Below, in pieces: positions 13,051 through 26,476 of a stretch of 64,000 nucleotides of DNA (the stretch's first letter is position 1; every line of letters starts with the position of its first letter). The stretch spans positions 3,348,001 to 3,412,000 of the forward strand of contig CM119371.1 of NCBI GenBank assembly GCA_051294905.1, read 5' to 3'. The DNA is from Botryllus schlosseri. Its lineage: Eukaryota. A program made the position numbers and the translations under genes. The notes below the pieces were generated by a model. It was not told where the DNA came from. It saw only the letters and a program-made list of their open reading frames with translations, and did no database searches.

Positions 13051-14749
13051 ATTCCAACATACTGCAATACACAAGTTGGAGCAGCACCTCCTGTAAGGTC
13101 CAATACATCATACCGTTCACAAACGCTTGCCCAGTTGATCCCCAACACATGGCTTTGGTTTGATGGTTGAGCACCTTCCATAAAAGTTGAATCATTACCA
13201 GAAGATGTTGATTAAGATTGCATTGACCCTGAATCACTTTGATTAAAGCTGAATTGCCCAATAGAAGTGCTGGCACCTGCATTAGAAGCACCGGGTTGTT
13301 GGATTGAGCTTGACTGCCTTCGAAATCTTTCGTCAGCTGATGAAAGAGGCACAGCGTCAACCAAACATTTTCCCTTGCGCTCTGCTTTTTGATCTTCAAA
13401 TCCTTCGGTGCCATCCTTAAGCCACATTGGAGTGAAATTTCATCTCTCTGTTTGCTATCGCAGCAGAAGATGCCAAAAAGCCTATTAATATCTTGCAAGA
13501 ACGTAGTTTCCATTTCTTTATAAGAATTTGATGTTCTAGATATTTTGGGATACCGAGTTAGTTGACTAAATTTCAATATCAGTTGATTGACTTTTCGCGC
13601 GATAGGAAACTCATTTATGGAAAATACATTGTACCAAATCCAATGGTCATGTATCTCCTTTGCAACTATGAAGAAAGTTCAATCATGCTCTCTACTATCC
13701 AAATTATACTAGGTTGATATAAAAATCAACTGATAAGTCCTTCAAACAAGATTTCGTTGTTAAAGTAGCAATGCAACAAACAGTAACATGCTAATCGGCA
13801 TTGCAAATTTGGTACAACCATCCAACACTTTTAATGGCGGTCTAGAAATCGACAATTTGCTTGTAACTTTTTTTCTGTACATTTTCAGGACAAAGTTCTA
13901 TGGAAGTGAGATAGAAACATGTTGCTTTCACAGATTTTAAACCCAAAACTGGCTTTCTAGCATAAGCGGTTATCAGGATATGGCAAAATTAGCTATTTTC
14001 GACTCGTTTGGTGAACTAGCTCGGCCACTAGAGGGCGTAAGAACCTGAAATTATGATAGAAGTTATTCATTTTTGATTTGGGGCCAAATATCAGAGGCAC
14101 TTTTTGAAATTCAAAAATATCTTTTTTTCACTCCACCCTAGTCGCCAACTATGCTACGAGAGTAGCCATAATCGGTAACTTTATCAATGTGAGAGACACG
14201 GCACTATTTTTTGTTTGGGTCTTCATATAGCGTTGAATTACATAAAATCTCGGGGCACTTCCATGCCATCTGTAAGAAAGGGTATAATGATTGTAAGGGA
14301 TATATACAATGGACACTCAGGTTGAGATAGATGCCGATTTAATGCCACTCAAGTAGATTAATGAAATATTTTCAGGCAGAGTCAAGGTGGTAGCAAACAT
14401 TGTTGCTACTCAAGAACAGCAGTGTGATAAAGTATTAGCTGAGAGAGTCTAGAGATAGTTAATAACATAGATGCTAATCAGTATAGTTAACGAATTTTTC
14501 AAATTTTGGCTAAATTTCAAAGCAGACAGAAATGAGAGGGAGAATCCTATAATATTGTCACACTTGACTGATTTCTATACACAATGACCCCAAACTCTAG
14601 CTACATTTAGGGCCGAGCATCAAAAATTATTAGGCCTAATCTCTTACATGACAGAATAGACCAATATTTATACCATAGCAAAGTGAACAGGATTTTTAGG
14701 TCAAGTAGCTCAATTACAGACACAATTTCAAATCTGCCTTGGAAAAGCC

Positions 14750-15020
14750 TTTCACTTTCACAAGTGTATGATCATTAAAAGCTTGTTTTTCATCATGCTA
14801 CAACTTGGACACTATACTTATGGTATGTAATTCATGCAAATAAATTGATATTTACCAAGATATATTTCACTAGGTTATGAGCCAAACTTCTGCAAAATCT
14901 GAAACTTGATGGAGTCCAAATCTATTTTCATGGCACAAACAATCCCTTACGCTGGATTGATCAGGGCTCAAGGTTAAACTTGATCAGACTTTGGAGCATC
15001 GTTTTACATTGAGACACATA
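14750..15020 (-). pseudogene. Decayed NACHT helical/winged-helix fragment
   Basis: Paralog of 16330-16640; minus frames KTMLQSLIKFNL and FGLHQVSDFAEVWLI align with KMMLQ-LVKFNL and FDLHQLVDFAENRLI with synonymous third-position changes. Confidence 0.45.
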
Positions 15021-15855
15021 TTATTTATAGGACCAAGACACAGTGATTTGCGTACTGGTACTCGAATCTGAATAGAATAGGCCTACCGTAACTGAAATTA
15101 TTCGGGTAGATTTTTTGAGCTAATGAAATTTTACGCCCAGTTCCATAAAAAAGCTATAATTGCATCAATTTTCTGAAACCTCGATTGGTCGTATCGCAAC
15201 ATACGAAACATGTTGTACAAAGTTTGCACATTATCGTAAATGATATTTCTGTGTAGATGGATCGACTTGCAACATTGTCACGAAGGCAAATAAAGTATTT
15301 TCGAAATATACCTTGTCATCATCATGTGGTGAAGAGCCGGACTCATGTTTCGTAGTTGCATGAAAAGTAGGCTACATACTCAAACGTTTAGGTCTACCAG
15401 ACTCCATATACTTGTATCGTCATCATGAGTGATTATCAAATACTTGATGTGAAGCCGGACTACAATCACTCATGTAGGCCTACCGGTATTCGATTTTGCC
15501 CAGATGTAAGCCTGTAATTACGAGCAAACCTTTTTCCTGCATGATTTCGTCTCCAGCATCATCGTCCATCGGTAATTCCATTCCAAGTCAACAACACAGT
15601 GACCCACTAGGTCTCAGATTTTCATGTAATTTTAGGAGTGAATCTAGTACGGTATCTAGCACTGAGTGTAGAAAACATGATTTTTCGCAATATTAATACA
15701 ATGAAACCAGTTAGTGCTTAATGAACGATAAGTTCAATTAGTTTCACATTCCCTGTTACAGTACAATCACAAAACAGCGTATTGAAGTAGTTAAGAGCGA
15801 ATGATGGTGTCTAATAACAGAATACAAGAAACTCTTGATACTGAAGGGAAAATTT

Positions 15856-16250
15856 GGCACTTCTTCGATAGTAGGCAGACATCGAACAGTGTTCATCATG
15901 ATCATCAATGAATGTTTCCCATGAACATGAAAAAAAATTATAAACGTCAAAATGAATTGTTGTTTTCTTCTGTCTTTGTAGAGACGGATATAAGGGTTGG
16001 GTTGGGGGAATTACGTATTAGGATTAGAGAAAGAGGGATATTTGGGCTTGGGGGAAATTAGGGTTATGGGAGGGGGGATATTAGAGTTGGGGGATAGGAG
16101 GTGCGGTTTATTGAGGTTTCGATATTAAGGTTTGAGGAAAGGGGGATTGGAGGTGGTTTAGAGTCAAAGTTGGGGTTGGGTTATCCCAAGATTAGTGTTG
16201 GTGGATATTAGGGTTAGGGAAGGGGGCACTGAGAAGGGGGGCAGGGCACT
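15856..16250. mobile_element. Single arm of the TTAGGG-containing foldback family (full copy 55199-57740)
   Basis: Begins GGCACTTCTTCG, shares TGTTTCCCATGAACA...AAACGTCAAAAT...TGTCTTTGTAGAGACGGATAT, then degenerate G-rich TTAGGG repeats. Confidence 0.8.
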
Positions 16251-16329
16251 AAAGATAAATATTTTCTCACTGGCTTGCTGAATGTATCAATTTACACAAC
16301 ATGACAACATTCTCATGTCATTTATACAG

Positions 16330-16810
16330 ACACAAGTTCAGATCTTCCTAAAAAAAGCTTGTTTTCATCACGCGACAACTTGAAAACTTCATTCAAAATG
16401 GATGCCGGTAGCTATCTACTCAACTATAGCCTTTCACAATCTGATGAGTCGATTTTCAGCAAAATCTACAAGTTGATGGAGATCAAATCTCTCCTTGGTT
16501 CATTTGACATGGAATTACATATATACAGCAGTTACCTAATGTCAGAAACAATCCAGTAAGCTGGCTGTTTGACAAGGTTGTTTGGCAAGGTTGAACTTGA
16601 CCAGAATTGTAGCATCATTTTATATTCAGTAATTGCATTCTCGAGCGAGGCAGGAACGGACGATCGATACTTCATGGAAACTCGAAAATCATGTGTGAAA
16701 GAAGCTGTAAGCCAATATGGAATCGGTGTCACGTGCAAACTAAAGACTCTATACTTACTACACACAGGTGTGAAGCAAGACGCTGAGAACCGTCTTGGCA
16801 CACCAAACAT
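16330..16810 (-). pseudogene. Decayed NACHT HD1/winged-helix fragment
   Basis: LHVTPIPYWLTAS (compare LLSVPVFLILIA), ITEYKMMLQ (compare VTELYSRIML) and LHQLVDFAENRL (compare INKLKAMAFEGM) in the order of the intact NACHT exon; stops and frameshift. Confidence 0.5.
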
Positions 16811-17643
16811 ACCACGCTAAACGTAACAGGATTACATTTTCGAGCATATTGATTGAACACATAAACACTTCTTTCTTGTCGAGGGCGATTTCCGGAGTCC
16901 GGGGTTACCGGTATCGACTATCAAGTCATGTTACTATTTCAAAAGATTTCACATCAGACCAAACCTTTCATAACACACTCATCCAGCAAGAGGCCATCAC
17001 AATTTTGAATTGGTAACCTGAATTCCTATCGATATACCAAGACTGTAGTATTGTATGTGAGGACGGTAGAAGCGCGAAACGGTATGCCTATGCAGCACAT
17101 GGTCTACAATCAACAACAACCTAGGTTAGGTTTGCGTATTCGCCCATTCGGAAACATGGAAATCCATCTATTCTTCCTAAATTCAGGTGTAAAACTTTAC
17201 TATGTCGTTCTTTTTCGCTTTATCGAGTAATATAAGTGAGTCAGTCTGTACTCTGAAACATATTAGCTATATCTCCAACGTCCGATCGAATTAAAACTGG
17301 TATTCGAACACTCAATCAGCTGATTTCATTTCATGTTTTGACTCCGAGCCATTGATGCACGTGAGACATTAGCTCCACCACGCGGAATAACGAAAGGCGT
17401 CAAATACATAACAACATGCAGTTCGATACTACATTTCCTTCATAATCTATTTGGTTTTGTCCTCTCTCCGAATTTCATGCTCCTGTACCTATCGATATTA
17501 TCGGATCAGCCGATAAAGCCCACATTCAAATAGGGTACGTATTATAAACATTTAAAAGAACTATACTGCCAGAAAGAGGAGTAGCCATCGATGCATGACG
17601 CCCTTTGAAACCGAGGATACCGCTTGCCTAGTAACCCCTGTAT

Positions 17644-18847
17644 CAGGGTTGCCAGATTGGCCCTTTCGGGGCCAAATTCAACAAATTTGGCCCTTTTTAG
17701 AGGCAGTTGGCCCCAAAAAATTAATTTGGCCCCTTGGCCCTTTATTTTCAATATTTGGCCCTTTTTGGAAGCAGTTGAGACATACCATCAAACTAGCTAT
17801 TCAAAAAAATGTTTCTCGCAAATTGAGCTGACAATGTTTATGTCAATGTCAAAGTTTCAGTAGAAACACTGTAGAAGGTGAAGATTTGGATTTGTTTTTG
17901 TAGAATGTAGACTGTGTTGGAATTTTATATACATATTTGTGAACAGGTGGACGAAAAATCATCGAACATGGTTAGAAGCTAAGTAGCAGAAAAAGTCTGA
18001 AGAAGAGTACCCTAGTACTTAATGATTGATAGACATTTCAAAGAAAATAAAGTTTAACATAACCGGAGAGTTTTGGTGAAAAACCGAAAACTTGAGTATA
18101 TAAGTTGGATAAGTTTCAAATGTAAAGAAACTATTCTCTCAATTTTTAATTAAAATTCATAAAATTAAATCACTGTCATATTATTGCACAAAAAGTTTTC
18201 TTTCACGATTTTATATTCAGTTGGAAAAGGCTTGAAATAATAGCAATTATTGTAGTTGGATCCAGTGTAGTTGTAGGTTGTTGATTTGGGGTCCTACAAC
18301 AGCATCAGCAATGCAAGACTCGAATTCCAGGTGATTGACAAAAGCTCTGTGGGTAATTTTGCAGCGGTATTAACTAGGCTTACCATATTTGGGAAATCTA
18401 GAAAGAGGACACTTTTTCAGAAATTTGAGACTTGCAAAACCGAAGAGGAATTCTCAAAATTTGAACTTTTCCCACTTTGTGATCGGTTGACTAAAAAAAA
18501 GGTCAACTTTCCCGCTCAGAGCCCAAAATACCGGTTATTCCTCCACCTTACCGGGTGGTTGACTAAAAAAAGGTCATCTTTTCGCTCAGAGCTCAAAATA
18601 CCGTTTGAGCGTCGCTGCTGTGCTAATTTACGGCATATCACTCGCATTTTCCTCTAAATATGACCTCAATTTTCAAAAAAGAGGACAAAAGGGCGTCCTC
18701 CGAGGACACTTTCATAAAAGAGGACAAATCCTCTTAAAAGAGGACGTATGGTAACCCTACATTAACATTATTGAACAATTTGGCCCTTTTTGGCCCCTTT
18801 TCCGGCGCTGTTTGGCCCTTTTTCTCGAAAGATGTCTGGCAACCCTG
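17644..18847. mobile_element. hAT MITE (CAGGGTTGCCAGA termini, TTGGCCC arrays)
   Basis: TIRs CAGGGTTGCCAGA / TCTGGCAACCCTG; perfect TSD CCCTGTAT at 17636-17643 and 18848-18855. Confidence 0.9.
18375..18759. mobile_element. Nested TAGGGTTGCC-type MITE with AGAGGAC subrepeats
   Basis: TAGGCTTACCATA... / ...TATGGTAACCCTA; same family as 27039-27366; TSD imperfect. Confidence 0.65.
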
Positions 18848-19231
18848 CCCTGTATGTATATCGTTTTGCACTTGCCGTATGCCAGGGCCGGGCAACTTCT
18901 CTGATCGCTGAGCCGGATATGGGAAAATTAAGGAATTGGCGGGACCCATCACAGAATATATATATTTTACCTTTACCGCGATTTCATCTACCTCTGCAAG
19001 AAATCAATTGTATTCAATGCAAACTTCAAGTTTAAAGCATAGATATCAAAAACAGTATGTGATGAATTTATTTACAACAGCTATTGAAGTCAATCAGACA
19101 TCTATGGCCGCTGAATACTGTCAACTAGTTTTTTGAAGTCTGGTTGCATGTCATATGCAAAAACCCTTAGTGATGACTGCACGCGAACATCAGTTATATT
19201 GGAACGCAGCCCTCGTCGTTCATGTTCGTGG

Positions 19232-19460
19232 CAGTGTTGGGATTAAGTCACTGCATTCGAATCACAAGTCATTTCGAATCATTGCACATTTTGACTCGAG
19301 TCAAAGCAATTCACTTGATTTTCATAGGTGACAAGGGTCAAGTCAAGTCACTCGATTTTTGGAGGTGACCCGAGTCACGTCGAGTCAAGCCAAGTCAAGT
19401 CACGAGTCAAGTAACTATAGTCAAGTCAAGTTGACATTTCAAAGTACTAGACATGATTCA
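19232..19460. mobile_element. One end of a second CAGTGTTGGGA-family element
   Basis: Colinear with about 204-420 including the GTCAA array; matching other end not found nearby. Confidence 0.75.
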
Positions 19461-21249
19461 AAGTCATTACTAGGGCGATTTTTTGACATATCAAAAAAGT
19501 CATTTTTTTTTTTACATAACGAGTTTGATTTATTTAGCTGTTCGTGTGTAAATCACATTAACATGTAACTTAGTTACTACCGCCATTTACCGGCTTCAAA
19601 AATCTAGTGTTTTTCGGTTGTAACTCATTTTGTGTTCACAACAGAGAAAACTTTCTTCTTAAGACAGACAGAACATGATGTTTTGGAAGCTTTCATGACC
19701 CTACGACCAGTGGTTGTCGAGATGGGCAATTTCACCCCTGGGGGATGCCGGCTGGAAAATGAAGGCAATCCCCTAAAACCACTTTTTATTGACGTTTCTA
19801 GTCATTTTTCGGACTTAAGAACCTCCTATTTTCGATTTAAACAAATAGTCATTTTCACTCTACCCTACAACGCATGCCTATTGACATTCCAACATTTAAC
19901 GACAAATGACGATACATATCCCAACATCTTCACCAAGTCTACCTACCTCTCATTCGAATTAAGTTCTGATACATGAAACGATTGTCAGGCATTTATCCTG
20001 ATTGCTACACAAACTTTTGTCACATTGTACGCATTCGCGTAAAATACATTGTCTCTCCATATCCCGATAACCCAAAGAAAATGCAAGGCTCAAATAACTA
20101 ATTAATATTCATTTCAAATCAATTCTATACATTTCATAACATGAAAACGCAGCCCAATACAACATAAAATCGAGGAAATTCCAGCCACTACTCTCTAAGT
20201 CTAATATGAAGATACTTATTAGGAGCCATTAACAATACTCTTGAGTTATGAGTTGTGGATGCCATAATAATTGAAAAGTAGTCACAATGGACAGTAAGAA
20301 TAATATTTGGAATGTCAAGCAGCAAATCATAATATCTCAGTAAAAAGGGAATATTGAATCACATTCATAAGATCATCTGAAATTTCGATTGTTATGGATG
20401 GACAATTTGCCTCTTTTTCAGTCAACTATGGTGCATTAAGTCATTGAGAATCAATTAATCACATACCAATATTAAACGAGCACATCAAGAGGGATAAAGC
20501 CAATTATATTATGCTTGAAGCATTTAGAAACACCAAGGTAGCAGAAAACATGGTCATTGGTCATAGAAGCAAGAAAAATCGTTGGCTCGAAGTACAGCGA
20601 ACGTCATTCTACAGAATAATATCAAGGTCATAAAATATCTTGGTAATGAAAGTTTTAAACTAGGTAAGTATACCTTTCAACATTCTACTGAAGTCAACTG
20701 TACTAAAGAAATGGAGAAAGATCACAAGATCATGATGGAACATGGATAATCCTACATAATTAACATAACAATGGATTTCATATACTACACTACATTCATT
20801 TTCAACGAAAATTTTAATTTTATATTTTCTTGTTTTTTTTTAAGTATTTAATTTCTATCATAATCCATCACACAAAACGTAAAGACAGTACACACTGCAC
20901 ATCTAAGAATATAACACTTTTTTTTCATTTTTCAATATTTATGATTTTATGTAATTTTTATTATAATAAACTATTTTATAGGTGTAGGTCGATGGTATAT
21001 ATTTATTTTATCCCGCGAGTCGATCCCAAGTTGCGAGTAAATCCTTATATTAGCAAACAATTCAACAGGATGACGGCTTGAACTCTAATGTAGTCAAACA
21101 ACCTTCGCATTCAAATCCATTCAACCAGTAATTTGTGCCGTAAAACATTCCCCTTCGGAAATATGTAGGTTCGACGTAACGTTTATGGCATTATCTTTGT
21201 TTTCGTCGATTTGTGAAGCTTTATGCAACTGTTTTGGTTACCTAATTGT

Positions 21250-21740
21250 AAAATGCATATTAGAAATAGTTTCGTGAAATTGCATCGATTGAACATGAAA
21301 TAGTCAGTTTGAATTCTAAAACGAATAGCAGTAATTCTGCTCTACACGTCTCAATTTTGTTGATGACGATTGGCTCTTGTACACGAGTAACAATGTTGCA
21401 TCTACTGCCTTTTCGTATACTCCCTGAAAAACAAATACCACTGAATAAATCACTATCCCAGTAAATCAATTACGTCAGCAAACTATTCGAACTATGAGCA
21501 GAAATTTAATTGTTCGCACGGGTATGTCATAACAATGCACAAAATAGAATTCGACTTGCTGTAGTGTACCTGGGATCAGAGTCGGATGAATCGTAGGGAT
21601 TGAAACTACAGGACGATTCGGCATTAAAATTTTCGCGAGACGAGTCTCGGGTATCGTCGGCACACAATCCAATATGCGGTAACATATTTTGTCAGTACAC
21701 GAATTTGATGAAAATAAACCTGCAGGCAACACATCGTATC
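21250..21740 (-). pseudogene. Decayed NACHT core fragment (sensor-1 region)
   Basis: CTDKICYRIL...RLAKILMPNRP and NKIETCRAELLLF parallel STSTIMYNIL...HVKIIVASRE and KKIEIMSPRLLQL of the intact exon. Confidence 0.45.
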
Positions 21741-22964
21741 GCGGGACCGGTATTGGCTGGGACGGTGTACTTGCTAGAGGACTTTGTTAACAGTTAACAT
21801 TTCGATTAGGGAAATTGCGGTGCTGTTAACAATATCGAGTATCAATGACACTCGAAAAGTAGCTATCGGCTTGTTTTATGGAAAGCCTAAAATATTGGTG
21901 AGGTAGCGTACTTCTGTCAGAATTGGATAATTAGATAATTCTAGTTGTCTAATTAGGCGACTAATTATAGCAAATGCTGGTAATATAACTTGAATCTATT
22001 TTGTGAAATGATTCTCTGCACTAATTCTAATCTAATTGGTAAATAATTTATATTTTCTCATTTTAATTCAAACCCTATCTCTGGTTTTCCTGTAAATGCA
22101 ACGGAGAGTTTTGTGTAGTTCGAAACGAGCCAACCTTGTTGGACAGACATTTGCTATTATCATACTGATTTGATAGTAACGGAACTGGATTCGATGACCT
22201 AGTTTTTTGCGGACTCAGTAATTCTAATCCCAATCTAATTTGGAAAAATGTATAGTTATAACTACAGTTTTAATCTATTTTGAAAAAAGTAACGCGATAA
22301 TTATAATTCTACCATAAGTTGGAAATAACTGTGTAGCGTCAATTCTAATATCTACTGTATGTTGTAAGAAAATTTAACTGGAATTATGATACTAATCAAT
22401 TTTGCAAAAGCAGGAAATCTTCTAGATGACCGAGTCTGACTGGAAATTAATCTGAAATCTTGTTGATTTGCAGCACAACTATTGAGCACATTCAAGACGA
22501 AGTTTACGTAAAATCTGTAAGTTGTCACTTGCGATTACCTAAGAAAAGTATTCGACAACCAGTCCCAGTAATAAGATTTGAAATGCACATACTCCAGTAC
22601 TTTTCAAACTTTCATTTACACTATTGCTACATGCACCCGAGTAAAAAATGAACGGGATCACTCCAACTTCTGTTCGAATTTAATCAATGACTATATCGAT
22701 AGTCTCTTTAAAAATTATGTGACAACATATTACGACCAATAACTATATTTATTTCACCCACAGCAGCTAAACAATCCGGACGGATCAATTCTCGACCTAC
22801 GCCGTATTGACATAAAAATTCTTCGAGTATCTCATCAAATCTCAGTTTCATAATACAACAAATATTTCTCCCAATAAAATGAAATCTGTGTGGTCTGAAT
22901 GCAGCAAGTAATCATGAATTGAAGAGACGCATTACTGCCGAAGATCAACTTTAGTATATATTGA

Positions 22965-23100
22965 CAGAGGTGGCCGGTAACCAACTAACTCCACTTTTTT
23001 AAAGTACGAAAGTACGTTTTGCCCACTTACACTACTTACTTAAGTAGTTATTAATTCAGACTACTTCTACTTCTATTTGACATTTTTCATTTTTTTCAGC
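22965..23100. repeat. (CTACTT)-rich hAT-like MITE family; other pieces about 24749-25260, 28780-28985 (inverted) and flanking 30056/42959
   Basis: CAGAGGTGG/GATCAGTAAC-type starts and ACTACTT arrays. Confidence 0.55.
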
Positions 23101-23789
23101 AAAACTACGTGTGATGCACTGAGTGTCATCGTTAGGATAGCACTATCCGACATCACATCAGTTAATATTGTATATTAATTTCATTATCACACAGAACGTG
23201 TCACAATTTTTCTAAGCTGTTGTTTGAAACTGGGTGTGCATGAGAATGGATCGACAATGTAATGGATGGATAAATCTTAAGTCTCATTTTAGATCGATCA
23301 GACTTCGCAACATCTACTCACCTCAAATAAAAATCCCAGTCGAGTCGATTCCAGAAATCCGTTTTTCGGCGCACTGAAATAAGAAATAGGTTATATAGCT
23401 GAAAATGCTTGTTAGCAAAAGATCTATGCATTCTATGAGTTCTGCTCTGTTGCTGAGCATATTGCGTAATATCTGAAACAGTCATCAGGCTCAACGAGAG
23501 TTGAAATCATCAAAAATATAAATGAATTGTGTCCTACGATACACAGTGGTTTAGTTATGGTAGGTAGGCGTACGGACTTGCGCTTATCTACTATTTTAAA
23601 TCCGAATCCTATTCCTGATGATACATTCAAATCCAAGTACAAATTTATTGTGTCCCGCGTCCATATCCACGTCCAATCCGGTAATGGCTGAAACTTGATC
23701 AAAAAGTCGCATGAAAATGAAAGTGAAATTATATGTCAAAGTACGGATGAAAATCCATCTTCGAACGAATCATAAACCTTTATCTAAAG

Positions 23790-24045
23790 CAGTGGTTCCC
23801 AACGTGAGCACTATCGCCCCCAGGGGGCGATTTGGTGGTCAAGGGGGCGATAGGGGGCGAAAATGGATAAAGGATGCGACAGGAGGCGAATATAACGAAG
23901 GGGACGATGGCGTGTTAAAACGGCTATATTGGAATCAAGTCGCGGAAATGACTTTTTTTTTAGTCAACCCACGAAATCTTAGCTGCAAAAGTGTAAAACT
24001 TCGATATCGAGCAGAAAAGATGACCTTTTTGATTGGGAACCACTG
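23790..24045. mobile_element. Buster-type hAT MITE
   Basis: CAGTGGTTCCCAA / TTGGGAACCACTG; perfect TSD ATCTAAAG at 23782-23789 and 24046-24053. Confidence 0.92.
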
Positions 24046-25815
24046 ATCTAAAGCCAGGCAAAAGAGATGATACCTGACCTCAATACCATTGAGATGCATG
24101 GAGTGGATTCGTAAAATCGCTAAATTATTTGTTATAGTTTCAGTTCAAAAGCGTTGGCTTCCGAAGGGAACATTGCTATGGCCAAAATGTTTTTCACACT
24201 CTTCACTTTCATTTCAGACAACATTATATTTAGAGCGCAGTCTCGTTTTAATGTGTTATAGTTATGTCAGTGGGCAGTGAAATGAGAAATCTCACCCAAT
24301 ATGATCCCCCGACAGTACAATGCATATTACATATATCTAATCCAATTAGATATGGGAAGGAATAAAAGTAACTCTAATCCATTTGTAAATAATTCCCTGT
24401 AATATGCAGCAGATTATTTACGTATTGTCAATCGATTCAAATCACTTAATTTATATTCGATTTATATTCGCACCGGTTCGACGTTCTGTGAGAAACTTTC
24501 ACAGAACGAATATGAACTCGCATATTCGTTTTCGTATCAAAGGTATATCGAACAAAGTAATCCCGAATGCTATTTTAAGATTTATAGTACTTGATTAGGT
24601 TAGACAAAACGATTTCGGAATTAATGCAATGTTGTTGATTATAATTAAGTTCTAAAAGAATTCACAATGCACATGAATGATGAAATGATTCGTATCAACA
24701 CCAATATAAAAAGTGGGATGGTGTACAACATAAAACCACGAATCCTGCAGAGAGGTGATCAGTAACGGAGTAACTCTACTTTATCAGACTACTCAAGTAG
24801 TGCTGTCTACTTGCATCGCTTAATCAAGGGGTTGTCATTTTAGACTACTTCTGTTTCTACTTCTTGTCACAGTTGTTAGTCAGAACTACTTACTTCATAC
24901 AATATTGATTTTCAAAAGTATCAAGTTGTTCCTAGCTGCGTATTCGTCATCGTTTTCAGTGAAATCCTTATGGGAGGCGCCTTAAATAGCCCATGTATCA
25001 CGGTGACTGCATTAACATATTTTCAGTGATTCCACTCACTTGCAGTGTCATTAGTCATTTTGAATAAGCGAAAATATATATATCCTATAAACTGCTAAAA
25101 GTATGCGGATCTTCGACCAAATCTGCTTTTTGAAACTACTTATTTCACTACATTTCAGACTAATACATTTTCTACTTCCCCCTCAAGTCAATTTGTGATT
25201 TCTTGGAAATTGCTACTTCTACTTGTACATCAGCAGCAGCTTACAGCGCTATTTATCGCTCTACATGAGTCTTAACTCTAACTACTTTGAATACCTCTAA
25301 TCATTCATGAACTCGTGTTAGCAACTTTCAGAACCGATCAGAGTCCGCTTGGTCACCAGATGTCCTAAATAAGCTGCATGAAGTATTAAATTTGTTTCAA
25401 AGTTATATATGTATATGAAAGTGGTTTACAAGTTTATTTGACTTATCGTCGCCTTATCAAGCTCGATATATCTTTATCACGCCCATAATGGTAGAAGTAC
25501 TATCATCAGCGAAATACTTGTGCTTTTCTGTAGTGCTTATTATTATATACTAGTTCATTTACTCAAGTAGTTTTGTTCCTATACAACCTGTACGCCCACA
25601 ATTTTTTTTATGGTGAATAATAATTTATGCATGCTTGACATTGTCAAATGAAGTAGATTTTGACCCACGTTAACGATGCCTTGCTCCGAAACTGATATGC
25701 AAGCTCACAATCAGCAACGTGTGAGAGATCATGCGTGAATTTCCTACAACAATTGATAGTATCAAGTATGGGATTTCGAATGAAACTAAAATTCATGAAT
25801 ACCGTGCGTTATCAC

Positions 25816-26321
25816 TAGGGCTGGGCACAATGATTCGAGTACTCGAATCTGAATCGAGTATTAAGTTTAATGATTCGAGTCGAGTAGTAAAAGAAGATTA
25901 TTTCGAGTACTGAAATTATACGCTACTCGCAACTGAAAGTTAATTTACTAACGAAAATTATAGTTCTGATACTATTTTCCGCTGAAGAAGCCTTGAAACC
26001 TTGATTGACCGTGCTCCAGCATGCGAGACATAGTACAAAGCTACGAACGTTACTGGAAATAACTCATTACCGAAGTCATGATCATCCCACAACATTGTCA
26101 ACAAGTGCAATAGGGTCGAAAAAATATCAAATTATCTTTGATGTGATGGATAACAGGCATTTTATTCTTTGTAGCGGCATAAAAGGTACATATTTGAACT
26201 TTGACGTAGTAAAATCTGGTGTGATGTCATAATCAGTGATACTCGAATACTCGACTCGACTCGAAGCATAATGCGTGATTCAGAATCGAATCACTCAGGT
26301 ACTCGATTTTGCCCAGCCCTA
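25816..26321. mobile_element. hAT MITE (TAGGGCTGGGCA termini)
   Basis: TIRs TAGGGCTGGGCA / TGCCCAGCCCTA; perfect TSD GTTATCAC. Confidence 0.92.
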
Positions 26322-26476
26322 GTTATCACATAACCCTGATAACGACACTATGCCCTGCATGAAACTAACGCCTCATGATTTCTAGTGCTAGTAACGAATT
26401 GGACCTGTTACGTGAATTGACCATTTCATTCAAAGTGATCGCGCTCATGTACGGTAATATACCTAATAAAACGTAT

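Larger units (their letters stand above)
10951..14140. mobile_element. Palindromic (foldback) hATm-like transposon derivative made of two inverted 5' halves
   Basis: Termini TAGGGTGGAGTGAAAAAAAG / CTTTTTTTCACTCCACCCTA; perfect TSD GTCGCCAA at 10943-10950 and 14141-14148; arms of about 1.55 kb are reverse complements with scattered substitutions and indels; spacer about 12500-12570. Confidence 0.92.

Noticed and set aside
11597-13576. ORFs of 69-175 aa (11597, 11668, 13049, 13212) as host genes
   Set aside because: They are mirror-image frames within the palindromic transposon arms.
14231-14431. Two phase-compatible plus-strand mini-exons (ALNYIKSRGTSMPSVRKG / RVKVVANIVATQEQQCDK)
   Set aside because: No recognisable protein, no further supported exons, and a weak second donor; could be chance.
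14900-15060. Plus-strand ADP-ribosyltransferase-like motifs (YFHGT ... DFGASFY)
   Set aside because: The motifs are in different frames with stops between them, and comparison with the 16.4-16.6 kb paralog favours minus-strand NACHT coding.
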